Below, one piece after another: positions 28,637-38,810 of a stretch of DNA of 59,620 nucleotides. The notes under the pieces are model-generated. The model saw only the letters and a list, made by a program, of their open reading frames with translations, had not been told where the DNA came from and ran no database searches. Numbering within the stretch: the stretch's first letter is position 1; each line of letters begins with the position of its first letter. The position numbers and the translations under genes are program-made. This DNA comes from a virus (lineage: Duplodnaviria; Caudoviricetes): positions 1 through 59,620 of the IMG/VR virus record IMGVR_UViG_3300009507_000020, one strand, 5' to 3'.

Positions 28637-29322
28637 AAAAAACTTTGGAGTCCTTTTATTTCAATGTCAGAGGCAGTAGTACATTTCTGACATATTAACT
28701 CTAGATTGTACTTCACTGCTGGTGCATCTTCAAAAAACTTCGTGATCAATTGGAACTGATCTTTGGTCATGGACTCTAGGAATGCCATCACACTCTCGAT
28801 CGGTTCGTCTTGAACATCTATCTTTTCGTCTCCACTGATCACTTCCTTGATACTTGATGCAATCAATGAGAAACCTACATCTTCTTCTCCGCCGGTCTGT
28901 GGTACATCCTGATAACTAGGATACTTCATCACCACAGTCACAGTATCTGATATCTTAATTACTGGGTTTGCAGTCGTCTCAGTGACCTCAATTTCATTCA
29001 AAGGTATCGTCACCTTTTGTTGACTCTCACAATGGGGACACTTGACTAGTATTTCACTTGTCTCCCCTGTCGACTTCGATCTCAACTGGATAAAGATATA
29101 CTCCAGATCAAACGTTGTCAGATTGCGTACGTCAATTCCCTCAACACATGCAGCGATCGTATCATGCACCGCATTCATAATCTGTTTGGGATCCTCTGAC
29201 GATGATGCCATGAGAAGGATCTTCTCTTCTTTCACAAGGTACGGTCTGTATCTCAATTCCTGTCCGGTCGAAGGGACGGTCAAACTGTACTTGGGTGTTT
29301 CGTTTAACTTAGGTAGTGCCAT
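28633..29322 (-). CDS. gp26: baseplate hub subunit
   Basis: MALPKL..P.Y....PSTG...YRPYLVKEEKILL, FDLEYIF..LRSKS.GE, two CxxC, GLQSFF. Confidence 0.9.
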   Translation of the reverse strand: MALPKLNETPKYSLTVPSTGQELRYRPYLVKEEKILLMASSSEDPKQIMNAVHDTIAACVEGIDVRNLTTFDLEYIFIQLRSKSTGETSEILVKCPHCESQQKVTIPLNEIEVTETTANPVIKISDTVTVVMKYPSYQDVPQTGGEEDVGFSLIASSIKEVISGDEKIDVQDEPIESVMAFLESMTKDQFQLITKFFEDAPAVKYNLELICQKCTTASDIEIKGLQSFF

Positions 29323-29337
29323 TATAAAGCTCCAATA

Positions 29338-30099
29338 TTAAAATAATAAATCTGATATCTTCTTTCCAAGTTTATCAAATGTGTCGTTAACTACTTTTCC
29401 TGCCTTCTGTGCCGCGTCTGAAGTGACGTTGACATTAGTATCAATACTACTCGATCGATTACCGTTTACTGCCTCACCTGTCCAATACCTGTATGCGAAC
29501 TCTACGGTGATTTCACTTGTAACACCCTTCCGGTCATCACTGAGTTGTTCCTGAGTGAATGAAATAGGATATGCATCCTTGAGTACCCACCGGTAAACCT
29601 CACGTCCAGATTGGCGTATATCCACGTCTAGACCCACGTTAACGTTGATTGGGCCAAGACCCACACTCTTGTTAGAGTTGATACCCGCGAAAGCGATACC
29701 ACGATCCAACTGTGAGATCTTGATGTCTCTCATGTACATCTTAGGGTATGCGACCGAGAGATGTCCTTCTACAGTATCATCATATCTAGACACAATTGTT
29801 TGTTGCCAGTCTTCGATATACTGTCGTGTCAACTGATCATTGAGTACACGAAAGGTCATAGAGACCGCACCGTTTGAATATCCATAGGGTACTTTAGTCT
29901 GATCCACTCCGATGTTTCTTTCTACTGTCAGTATGTTTCGTGAGGGTAACGTTATGTTGCGAACAAAATACTCGATGGACTGTTTCTGCTCACCGTTCAG
30001 GTTACGAGCAGGTAACTGAATATAATATAGACTAGGATTTGCGTATCCTTTACCAGCGGTGATTTTAGACTTCAAATCATCTACGTTAGGGATTCTCAT
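29338..30099 (-). CDS. tail-tube-fold baseplate protein (gp54-like)
   Basis: LPSR, I.QLD, L.DAYP, VEFAYR; lies between gp2 and gp26. Confidence 0.65.
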   Translation of the reverse strand: MRIPNVDDLKSKITAGKGYANPSLYYIQLPARNLNGEQKQSIEYFVRNITLPSRNILTVERNIGVDQTKVPYGYSNGAVSMTFRVLNDQLTRQYIEDWQQTIVSRYDDTVEGHLSVAYPKMYMRDIKISQLDRGIAFAGINSNKSVGLGPINVNVGLDVDIRQSGREVYRWVLKDAYPISFTQEQLSDDRKGVTSEITVEFAYRYWTGEAVNGNRSSSIDTNVNVTSDAAQKAGKVVNDTFDKLGKKISDLLF

Positions 30100-30680
30100 T
30101 AGATCATTTTCCTTGCGTCTGCGTATGCTTGACTTCTACCACCTTTCTGCCATTGCGCGGCAGGTAAGAACGTTGCAATTTCCCATTCGGGTGGTGGAAT
30201 GTATGCGAGTTTACCTTCTACCTGTTTAGTAAGGTAATGTTTGTAACATGGTTTGAAGTACTTCATACTGGAAGTAGACTTCAGGTATTGGTATGACATA
30301 TCAAACTTAGTCGACTCATCATACCTACTGTTGTTTGTAATACCCACGAGTTCATCTAGGAACTTAGCACGTAACGGTATGGGTAGATAGTGTAGGTTTA
30401 ACCCATAGAACCCGCCAGGCGCAGGGCCAACCGCGATTATCAAGGGGAACGAATCATAGTAGGGTAGAGTTGCACGGTGTTTAGGATCATAGAAAAACAT
30501 GTACATTGATCCTGCCGCACTCTTTGCACGTTGTTCTACTGGGTCTTCTCGCATTAAACCGCGCCTATTTACACCCATATTCTGCACTTTCTTGCGGAAC
30601 CACGCACGAGACTCTCGCGTACGAGGTGTTATCCCCGCTCGGAACGCTTCAAGTTCTACTGTCTTAAATAGATTACTGAT
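30099..30680 (-). CDS. gp2: DNA end protector protein
   Basis: MYMFFYDPKH..TLPYYD.FPL, GLNLHYLP, KPCYKHYL, EWEIATFLP; the frame extends to 30680, where the codon is ATC. Confidence 0.88.
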   Translation of the reverse strand: MSNLFKTVELEAFRAGITPRTRESRAWFRKKVQNMGVNRRGLMREDPVEQRAKSAAGSMYMFFYDPKHRATLPYYDSFPLIIAVGPAPGGFYGLNLHYLPIPLRAKFLDELVGITNNSRYDESTKFDMSYQYLKSTSSMKYFKPCYKHYLTKQVEGKLAYIPPPEWEIATFLPAAQWQKGGRSQAYADARKMI

Positions 30681-30828
30681 GTTTCTTCTCCCACTCTTCC
30701 ATCATGTCTGACGCTTTAGTTGTCCAGAGGTTAGGTAACAACCCATGAACAATCAACACGAACGCAACCGTCCATGCAAACTTCAGATGGTGAAAGTATG
30801 ATTCCTTGATTTCCGTTAAGTGATTCAT
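30673..30828 (-). CDS. small membrane protein (DUF6356-like, 51 aa), not in ORF track
   Basis: MNHLTEIKESYFHHLKFAW...LIVHGLLP...AS; between gp4 and gp2. Confidence 0.65.
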   Translation of the reverse strand: MNHLTEIKESYFHHLKFAWTVAFVLIVHGLLPNLWTTKASDMMEEWEKKHQ

Positions 30829-30832
30829 AGAT

Positions 30833-31318
30833 CTATTTAGTCTTTTTCTTGAAGGGTTTTAATGGTTTCAAAGGTTTTGTTGACTTAGGTAATATACCCA
30901 TCTTACTGAGAGTCTTCTCTGTCCATATCTCAAAAGACCACCCTCTGTCTGCCGCATATTCTTTTGCCGCTTCCCACTTATTGATGTTCTTGACGTAGGT
31001 GTATCCTTCGGTGATATATCGTTTAGTACGTTTTTGTCCTGTAGGAGGACGTGTCTGTGCATCTGGTTTGACTTCCACCAATACAGTCTTACCCGTATTG
31101 TAGACGATCTTGAGATCCATAAAATATCGGTGATACTTTCTGTCTACCTCATATAGGTATGGAATCACGACTTCTTCACTTGACCACGACTTTATATCTT
31201 TGTTTTCATCACACCAGCGGAAACACTGTCTTTCCCACAGACTACGATAAATAATAGTTGTAGGATCACCCTCATACTTCTTAGTATTTTTTGGTCTAAA
31301 CTTTCCTTTATACGCCAT
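30833..31318 (-). CDS. gp4: head completion nuclease
   Basis: MAYKGKF.PKN..KY.GD...I.YRSLWE, WSSEE..IPY, HRYF.D, EVKP, N..KW.AA. Confidence 0.95.
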   Translation of the reverse strand: MAYKGKFRPKNTKKYEGDPTTIIYRSLWERQCFRWCDENKDIKSWSSEEVVIPYLYEVDRKYHRYFMDLKIVYNTGKTVLVEVKPDAQTRPPTGQKRTKRYITEGYTYVKNINKWEAAKEYAADRGWSFEIWTEKTLSKMGILPKSTKPLKPLKPFKKKTK

Positions 31319-31326
31319 ATTTTTCC

Positions 31327-31363
31327 TATAAATAGACAGACAAATGTTATAAAACTTATTTAG
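31327..31363. promoter_or_regulatory. divergent T4 late promoters
   Basis: TATAAATA on + (31327-31334) before gp48; CTAAATA variant on - (~31356-31362) before gp4. Confidence 0.75.
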
Positions 31364-31375
31364 GGTATACTAAAC

Positions 31376-32506
31376 ATGGAACAAGATTCACGGAATCTCA
31401 ATCTACAAAGAGACGAAGAAATCGTCTTAGCATCACACAGTTCGCCGGATGAACAGGTTGCTGAAGATCCTTCACGAGAGGTTAGAGATCAATCACGTGA
31501 TTTTAGATACCCACTCAACGGGGGTTTAGATACTGCGCCGGGTCGGATTACTTTTACCGCATTTAAGATCGAACCTTTCTTTGATCTGAGTGGTGAAGTA
31601 AAGACAAATGCTCGAAAGAAACATATGGATGCCGCAAAAAAGAAGGTTGCTGAGATTAAGTCTCAAGCACAGAAAAAGTTATCTGATGCAAAATCATCCT
31701 ACAAGGAAAAAGATGTGGAAGATGCGGGTACCATCTCAACTATGTTAAAATCCTACGAGAATGTCACTGAAGGAACCTCGATGGGTTCGGTGATGTTTCC
31801 TCTTTCACGTGGACTGAAGTATAGTGACGGTGTAACATACAATGTTGTAGATGTTGGTATACTGGGTGCCACAGGGGATCTAGGCAGTGCATCGTCCGAT
31901 GACGGAAGGTTGACTGGTGCCGCGAAGTCTCTCGCTATCAATGCAATGGGCAAGGCATTACCCACCGCGACATCTGCTTTAGTTGGTGCGGGATTGGGAA
32001 AACTTGGGGGTGGTGCAAGTGCAGGTGCATTACTTGGTGGTGTTGCAGGTGGTAACGCATCTGCCGCGACGGGTGCAATCGCACAGGCGGCAACACGAGT
32101 TGCGACCGCACCTAATGAGAGAACATTATTCGAACGAGTTAAGATGCGTAGTTTTGGATTTGGGTTCACGATGATTGCACGAGATGCAGATGAGTCACGA
32201 GAGATCAAGAATATCTTAAAGTTCTTCCGTTCAGAAGTATATCCTGAAGCGATTACAATCGTAGATGGTGGTGCACCATTCGCATATGAGTTCCCTAATG
32301 TGTTTCAGATAGATATTAAAAACCGTGATGGTTCTAATCCCGGCTTCAATATTCAAAGGTGTTACCTAGAGAATGTGGACACTACATTCAACGGTACTTC
32401 GAGTGGTATGTACAATGGTAATGAGTTTGTTGAGGTTCAAGTGATGTTGCAGTTCCGAGAGATCTCTGCAATGCATAAAGGCAAAGTCTCTAAAGGAGGA
32501 TTCTAA
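31376..32506 (+). CDS. gp48: baseplate tail-tube cap
   Basis: RYP, PN..TLF..V.MRSF.F.F.M, I..FFR...YP, C.L..V, L.F.E; precedes gp53. Confidence 0.75.
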   Translation: MEQDSRNLNLQRDEEIVLASHSSPDEQVAEDPSREVRDQSRDFRYPLNGGLDTAPGRITFTAFKIEPFFDLSGEVKTNARKKHMDAAKKKVAEIKSQAQKKLSDAKSSYKEKDVEDAGTISTMLKSYENVTEGTSMGSVMFPLSRGLKYSDGVTYNVVDVGILGATGDLGSASSDDGRLTGAAKSLAINAMGKALPTATSALVGAGLGKLGGGASAGALLGGVAGGNASAATGAIAQAATRVATAPNERTLFERVKMRSFGFGFTMIARDADESREIKNILKFFRSEVYPEAITIVDGGAPFAYEFPNVFQIDIKNRDGSNPGFNIQRCYLENVDTTFNGTSSGMYNGNEFVEVQVMLQFREISAMHKGKVSKGGF

Positions 32507-33258
32507 TGTCTAGTTATTTTGAGAATGTTCCTAAGATTGCATATCTGTTTGGCGACGAAAACGATCCAGTTCAGTTTCAAAACATTTCAAACTATTCTGA
32601 TCTGATTGACACCTACAGTGATGATGCAAACGCGTACATTGAGTTAGAGATCCGTGATGGAGAAAGACCCGACACACTGTCTCATCGTCTTTATGGTAAG
32701 AGTGACTACGATTGGACGTTCTATCTTATGAACGAAAGGTTACGAGAGACTGGATGGCCGATGTCGCAGTCACAAATCATGTCTAGTGCAAAGAATGATT
32801 TCTTCAAATACTACACGTGTAAAATCTCCTTATCGACTGCGGATAGTGCTTCATTGTTTTCTGATTTGTATCAGACAGGAACTGACATACTAGTTGGCAC
32901 TAAGAGAGGTAAGGTCATACGTAAGAATCTAGATCTAGGAGAGATTGTTGTCTCCGCAGATTCCGATCCCACCGGTTCAGTCACGTTGTCGTATCTGAGA
33001 CCAGACAGTTCTGATCCTCTTCAGTTGGGTACAAGTTTGACCAACACAGTCTATGAGTACGAAGGTACACATCATTATGAAAACGATTCCGCAGAACTGA
33101 AAGATAGATTCTTTGATAATCTGGACGGAGTAGTACCGGTCACCAATCTCACATGGTTGGTCAATGAAAACGATGAATCAAAGAGGATTAAAATAATCAA
33201 GTCGAATCTAGTGGGACAGTTGTCTGGTGAGTTGAAGAGACTCTTGGCCAACGACTAA
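32506..33258 (+). CDS. gp53: baseplate wedge subunit
   Basis: YF...P...Y, I.DGERPD.LS..LYG...Y.W, N..KR.IKII. Confidence 0.85.
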   Translation: MSSYFENVPKIAYLFGDENDPVQFQNISNYSDLIDTYSDDANAYIELEIRDGERPDTLSHRLYGKSDYDWTFYLMNERLRETGWPMSQSQIMSSAKNDFFKYYTCKISLSTADSASLFSDLYQTGTDILVGTKRGKVIRKNLDLGEIVVSADSDPTGSVTLSYLRPDSSDPLQLGTSLTNTVYEYEGTHHYENDSAELKDRFFDNLDGVVPVTNLTWLVNENDESKRIKIIKSNLVGQLSGELKRLLAND

Positions 33259-34613
33259 TGAATAAATCTCGATTCACTATCATAAATGCGGATGTCATTC
33301 TCTCTTCTGGTGCAGAGAATACGGTCATTGATGTGCGTTCAAATATCGTTGAACTCAGTTTCTTTGAGAGTTTACACAAAGAGTTTGTGGATGCTCGTAT
33401 CGTTATGTTGGATGACTTTGGTTTCCGATCGGAGTTGTCTACGACTGGTACAGAAAGAATCAATATAGTCGTTGCAGATGGTAACGACCCACAGTCATCT
33501 CAGATCAATAAGACCTTCTTCTTCTCCAAGATCAATGATGTACAAAAGACAAACGAACGTGCAGAGATACTATCGATTGATTTGGTGGAGGAACATGTCT
33601 ACGTCAATGCGATGAAATGTATCAGTAGATCCTACGAAGGAACATTAGAAGATGCGATCATTGATATCTCTTCACGCGATCTAGGTAAAGATGTTATCAA
33701 AACAAGTAAGTTCGAGGGTAGTGCACAGGGACAGAGAAAGTTTGTTATCCCATATATGAGTCCCCTAGAGTCTATCCAGTGGTTAAAGAACCGCATGACG
33801 ACACGCACAGGATCACCTGTTTACATCTCTGCGGATCTCTACAATAACGAACTTGCGTTTATGTCTCTGGATGAGTTGTTGCGTACTGACGTGATCAACG
33901 AGAGTCTACCACTACGGTACACCGACGCGATGTCTAGCGCAGAGGGAGAACAAGAGTTCAAGAAGATCTATTACCAGATCAACCACTTCGAGGAGACTAA
34001 CGCAGAGGATGCACTTGCGTTGTATGAAGAAGGTGCGATTGGTTCGTTATACTCTACTTTGGACGCACACACAGGTCAGAGATTTGATACACACATATCT
34101 GTACGAGAAATTATACAAGACTTCTATACCAACGAGTTGATTAGTGAGTCCACGAGTCAGAACATCTACGACCCATCTTTGGTTATCCAAGGTAAACCTT
34201 CAGATGAATATGATGCGATTGCAATACACCAAGTCACATCATCGAACACATTCAATCAGTTCAAAAGTTACCATGATGAGTCACAACTTATTGATGGTAC
34301 TACTCTATATGAGTCTAGACTAAAAGTCAAGAACAAAGTTATACGACAGATACTTAAAAAGAATATGATCGACATTGAAATGGACGGTGCCCTATTCATT
34401 GAAGGTAAGGTATCGCCAGGGGCAAGACTACGAGTTATATTTCTAAATCCCAACAGTGCTTCTGATACAAAAGATCCTACCAATAGTATTGATTCAAAAA
34501 GATCCGGAGACTATCTGTTGATGAATACCGCACATAACATGTTAGATGAGTCACACACAGTCAGTGCAAGAATGGTCAAACTGGGTGACATACCGAGTAA
34601 CTTTGCCCTATGA
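33258..34613 (+). CDS. baseplate hub protein (gp27-like position)
   Basis: Between gp53 and gp5; FFESL, G.ERI, IP.MSP...I.WL, SGDYL....H. Confidence 0.6.
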   Translation: MNKSRFTIINADVILSSGAENTVIDVRSNIVELSFFESLHKEFVDARIVMLDDFGFRSELSTTGTERINIVVADGNDPQSSQINKTFFFSKINDVQKTNERAEILSIDLVEEHVYVNAMKCISRSYEGTLEDAIIDISSRDLGKDVIKTSKFEGSAQGQRKFVIPYMSPLESIQWLKNRMTTRTGSPVYISADLYNNELAFMSLDELLRTDVINESLPLRYTDAMSSAEGEQEFKKIYYQINHFEETNAEDALALYEEGAIGSLYSTLDAHTGQRFDTHISVREIIQDFYTNELISESTSQNIYDPSLVIQGKPSDEYDAIAIHQVTSSNTFNQFKSYHDESQLIDGTTLYESRLKVKNKVIRQILKKNMIDIEMDGALFIEGKVSPGARLRVIFLNPNSASDTKDPTNSIDSKRSGDYLLMNTAHNMLDESHTVSARMVKLGDIPSNFAL

Positions 34614-35461
34614 ATATACTAAGACCCATACAACAAGAGTTCTACGGAGATGACCATCGATGGTTCTTCGGCACAGTTATCAATGCACATCCACCCAGTG
34701 GACTAGAAGGTCGTGTAAAGGTAAGGATCAACGGTGTGCACAATCCAAGTACAGGTGAGATACCCGAAAAGGATCTACCTTGGGCGCAGGTTCTTATCCC
34801 TACTACCGAAGGTGGTGTATCGGGTTATGGTCGTATACCACAACTTCTTGCAGGGTCTTTTGTCTTTGGTTGTTTCCTTGATGGTAAGTCTTCGCAGATA
34901 CCGTTGATCATAGGTTCTCTTCCTAGACTAGAGTTTCCTACCAACGTTCAGTTAGGTAAGACTGGAGTAACAGAGACTAATACACGTCTACAGAACTCTG
35001 TCCAAGAACCCCTCGCACTAGATGATGTTGCAGAGGTGTCGATTCAGTTACGAAGACAGCAGTCCATGAAGTTTTTCCTTGACAATGGATATAATCTAAT
35101 TCACTCTGCTGCCATTACTGGTGCACTACAGGGTGTGTCTAGGTTCCTTACCTTCCACCAGAACGAAGATCCCCGAATAGGCATAGTTTCTTGGGAACGT
35201 TCTGATAGGATTGGTAGTCGTTTTAACGGACTTCTCGCATTCTCACAACAGTTTCAACCCACCTCTGACTGGAGATTATTCTCTATTCAGTTATCGTATG
35301 TGTTGTTTGAGTTGAGGAATAGATATAGTTCTGTCAACCGTAAACTATTAAATACCACAGACATTGAGACCGCGAGCGAAATCGTGAATAAGAATTATGT
35401 TATCACAACAAACAACACAGAGATACTTGCACAGACTGCATACGATGAGGTGTTTGAATGA
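34610..35461 (+). CDS. gp5: gp5 N-terminal OB-fold fused to a degenerate tail-lysozyme-like domain
   Basis: WFFG.V, GRVKVRI.G.H, LPWA, VFGCFLDG...Q.P.IIGS; C-terminal AAITGAL...GIVSW...QLSYV..EL. Confidence 0.8.
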   Translation: MNILRPIQQEFYGDDHRWFFGTVINAHPPSGLEGRVKVRINGVHNPSTGEIPEKDLPWAQVLIPTTEGGVSGYGRIPQLLAGSFVFGCFLDGKSSQIPLIIGSLPRLEFPTNVQLGKTGVTETNTRLQNSVQEPLALDDVAEVSIQLRRQQSMKFFLDNGYNLIHSAAITGALQGVSRFLTFHQNEDPRIGIVSWERSDRIGSRFNGLLAFSQQFQPTSDWRLFSIQLSYVLFELRNRYSSVNRKLLNTTDIETASEIVNKNYVITTNNTEILAQTAYDEVFE

Positions 35462-37356
35462 CAGATAAACAAAAACTAAAGGATCTGGTTAACAAGAGTT
35501 CCAAGTCCTTTGATAAAACTACACTGACCAAGGCTGCACAAACTGCGGCAGATGCACAGGTCAATGCAAAAGTATCTCAAGCAGGTGCGTTTGTCAATGA
35601 GGTAAATGGTGGCGTAAAATCAATTACTGCAAAGGTTGACAAGTTTCAGAACACCGCAGAACAACTCAAGGGTGTTACTACTGAGGGTTTATTAGATGCA
35701 GGTTCTGCGAGTATTGAGAACCTCAAGACCGATGCGGTCAATGCGGTTGCAAGTAAGATCTCTGGTGCATTTGCCGCAAAGGTTGAGATATCCTTTATCC
35801 TAGACTCAGATGGCATTGCGATACCTGACACGTCCTCTCTGGACGTTACAGGGGGTGTTTCGGGTACAGTTGCAGCAATCCTACAGGCAATCACAGGACT
35901 GGGTAAAGGTTTACCTGACCCTAGTGATCTTGCGGGTGAGTTGACCAAGAAGGTAATGGATGCGACACCCGCTGGTTTATTGGATGCAGGTACAGACCTC
36001 ACTGGTAAAATTGGTGCATTCACCTCTACGACAATCAATTCACTTGCGACAGATGCGGTGACTAGTGTGACAGATGAGTTAACCACTTTGGTCGGTAGTG
36101 TAACAGACCATAACCTATCGGTAACTCTACCTAGTTCGATGGACAATGACTCAGCCTCGCCCACGTTTGGTGAGTTCACTACCGCGACATTCACTTCGAG
36201 TCGACCTACCGGTGACAGTGAGTTTTCGTCTGCAATCAAGAACGTCAAGACAGATCCACTTTCTTCTTTATCAAATGTAATCACTTCCGCACAAGAGATC
36301 AAACAGAACCTTACTGGAGGTGCAAACGATTTCAAAACATTATCTGGAAGTGTAACTTCGTCTGGTGCTGAAATCATTTCGTCCGCACAGAATCAACAAT
36401 CCTTGCGTAATAGGTATCAAGCACAGGTAGATCAGAAGAATAGTTTAGTGCAATCAAGACTTGCCAATGGTGGAGAAACTGGTATAATAAGCTCACTGTC
36501 TATAGATACTCTAACTGATATAAACAAACGTCTAAAGGCATTTGCTCCTAGGTTACCAAGAAACGAATACTCACGTGTGATCAAACTGTCTCAGGGCAAT
36601 TCTCAGGATGTGTCTCTATGCATTGATCTACTCAATCAGTCAACTGGTAAGGATGCTGCGACGATTCGAACCTTCCTGAAAACCATCGACACTACTATTA
36701 CTAATGCCACACGTGGCGAGGTAAGTACCCAAGTCTTTGATCAACCATATATCATTGGTTCCTTTGAAAAAGAATGGGAGAATGGTTCTAACGATCCTGT
36801 GTTTCCCTATGTATCTTCTACTGAAGAGTTACAAGCAGAACTACGCAATGTCCGCAGGGAAATAACTGAAGTGGTCTGTCATTGGACAGAGACACCCACA
36901 AACAAGAACATTGGTAGTGAAGAGATCAACAACCTTCACGTAGATCAGGGGTTGAATGGTATCGGTTATCACTATATGATCCGCAGAGACGGATCTATCC
37001 AGAGAGGAAGACCCGTTAACATTGAAGGTGAACACGCAATTAATCACAATCAACGTAGTATTGCGGTCTGTTTTGTGGGTGGTATCAACGTACCAAGTGA
37101 GACAATCAACCTCACACAATACATATCTTCATCTTCATTAACACGCAGTCAATTTAACTCATTCGACCACTTCTGTCGTGCATTCTATAATGTATGGCCA
37201 GGCGGTCAGATCGTAGGTCACTCTGATATCGACACGTTGACTAATGATCCTGGCTTTGATGTTCGTGCATATGTTAAGGCAAACTTCGACAAAGACTCCA
37301 AGTTCGAAACACCGATAACTAGGGGGTCATTCACAGTGGATGAGATTAACTCATGA
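35458..37356 (+). CDS. virion protein with C-terminal N-acetylmuramoyl-L-alanine amidase
   Basis: VVCHWT, IGYHYMIRRDGSIQRGRP, GEHA, FVGG, VGHSD, DPGFDV. Confidence 0.85.
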   Translation: MTDKQKLKDLVNKSSKSFDKTTLTKAAQTAADAQVNAKVSQAGAFVNEVNGGVKSITAKVDKFQNTAEQLKGVTTEGLLDAGSASIENLKTDAVNAVASKISGAFAAKVEISFILDSDGIAIPDTSSLDVTGGVSGTVAAILQAITGLGKGLPDPSDLAGELTKKVMDATPAGLLDAGTDLTGKIGAFTSTTINSLATDAVTSVTDELTTLVGSVTDHNLSVTLPSSMDNDSASPTFGEFTTATFTSSRPTGDSEFSSAIKNVKTDPLSSLSNVITSAQEIKQNLTGGANDFKTLSGSVTSSGAEIISSAQNQQSLRNRYQAQVDQKNSLVQSRLANGGETGIISSLSIDTLTDINKRLKAFAPRLPRNEYSRVIKLSQGNSQDVSLCIDLLNQSTGKDAATIRTFLKTIDTTITNATRGEVSTQVFDQPYIIGSFEKEWENGSNDPVFPYVSSTEELQAELRNVRREITEVVCHWTETPTNKNIGSEEINNLHVDQGLNGIGYHYMIRRDGSIQRGRPVNIEGEHAINHNQRSIAVCFVGGINVPSETINLTQYISSSSLTRSQFNSFDHFCRAFYNVWPGGQIVGHSDIDTLTNDPGFDVRAYVKANFDKDSKFETPITRGSFTVDEINS

Positions 37357-38810
37357 CAAACTTTTCTGATGAGTATAAGACCCGAGTAGACAAACAGGGT
37401 ATTGCGAAAGAGGTCACAGAAGGTATTCCCAAAGATGGGTTTTCCGATCCTAGTGGTGAATATCCTAAACGGGATTACTTCTACGACAACAGTATCAACA
37501 AAGCTGCAACTGGTGAAAAGGTTAACAACCTATCATTGGGTGGAGGAGACTTTGGGGTTGACTTAGATCTACCGGATCAAGAACCCTCTGTCTTTCCTTA
37601 CAATCAAGTATCTGAAACTCCTAGTGGACACTCCTTTGAGATGGACGACACGCCTGGCGGAGAACGTATATTAGTAAAACATCGTACTGGCGCAGGTATA
37701 GAATTACGTGCAGATGGTAGTGTTGTTATTTCTACTCGCAAACAACGTATTGAGGTTGTGGGTGGGGATTCGAAAACCATAGTGGAGGGAGAAGGTGATC
37801 TCGTATATAAAGGAAATGTTGATTTACGGGTGGACGGAGATTTTAATGTTTCTGTTGGCGGTGATTATAATGTTGATGTGGCTGGAGATCAAGTACTTAA
37901 CGTCAAAGGACGACGAACCACCACAGTAAATCGAGATGATAACACAACCATCAAAGGAAATAAAGGCGAACAGGTTGTAGGAATGAACACGTCTACTACT
38001 CTGGGTGATCGTTACATAATCACTAAGGGTAACCTGAATATGTTCACCGAAGCATCCACTGAATTGTTGACTGGACAGGATCTGATTACCACTGCGGTGA
38101 ATGAGTGGGTTGCTGCTGCATCTACCGCAAACATAACTGGTCGTACAGTATCAATGATCGGTCACAAGGGCACATTTGGTGGCCCTATGATGGATTACTA
38201 CGGTAAGACATATGGTGGTATGCCCGGCGGTCTGACTAATCTGTCTACCTTCTATGGTTCGCTGGTAGGACGTGCAACCGAAGCATTCCATTCTGACTAT
38301 GCAATTAAAGCAACCTACGCAGACTTTGCGAAAGGTGCCAAGAATGCGGTCAAGGCAGCGAAGGAAGCACCATGTGTTGTATTGCCGGGAATACCAAAAC
38401 CTGGCATCATGCCTTACGTTCCTCTTCCACCTACTGCACCTCTACCCAACCCCGCGATTGTAGAACTACAGTTATCTACAAGTCGTTATGGTATTCGGGG
38501 TGTAAGTGTTGATGACAAGTTGGAAGAGAAGATACTCAAGTCTGATGACTATTCTGAGTTGTTTAGTCACGATCCTACCATATCAGAGATACGATCCAAG
38601 TTACGTGATCCGTCTCATCTCAACAACGGTAAGTTCACCAGTTTCCTTGTAGGTGAGGGTAAACTGAACAGTGAGTTCAAGGTAAATATACCCACGAACA
38701 TAGGTCGATCTGCAAACAAGAAGGGTACGATAAGATTCGGACAAGAGTTGATTGGTAACAATCCATCCGACAACCGAAGTAAGAGATTTAAGGTGAATGA
38801 GAACACATGA
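37353..38810 (+). CDS. gp5 C-terminal (beta-helix spike) part
   Basis: DPSGEYP, FPYNQV.ETPSGH..E.DDTPGGERI...HRTG, V.G repeats. Confidence 0.82.
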   Translation: MTNFSDEYKTRVDKQGIAKEVTEGIPKDGFSDPSGEYPKRDYFYDNSINKAATGEKVNNLSLGGGDFGVDLDLPDQEPSVFPYNQVSETPSGHSFEMDDTPGGERILVKHRTGAGIELRADGSVVISTRKQRIEVVGGDSKTIVEGEGDLVYKGNVDLRVDGDFNVSVGGDYNVDVAGDQVLNVKGRRTTTVNRDDNTTIKGNKGEQVVGMNTSTTLGDRYIITKGNLNMFTEASTELLTGQDLITTAVNEWVAAASTANITGRTVSMIGHKGTFGGPMMDYYGKTYGGMPGGLTNLSTFYGSLVGRATEAFHSDYAIKATYADFAKGAKNAVKAAKEAPCVVLPGIPKPGIMPYVPLPPTAPLPNPAIVELQLSTSRYGIRGVSVDDKLEEKILKSDDYSELFSHDPTISEIRSKLRDPSHLNNGKFTSFLVGEGKLNSEFKVNIPTNIGRSANKKGTIRFGQELIGNNPSDNRSKRFKVNENT

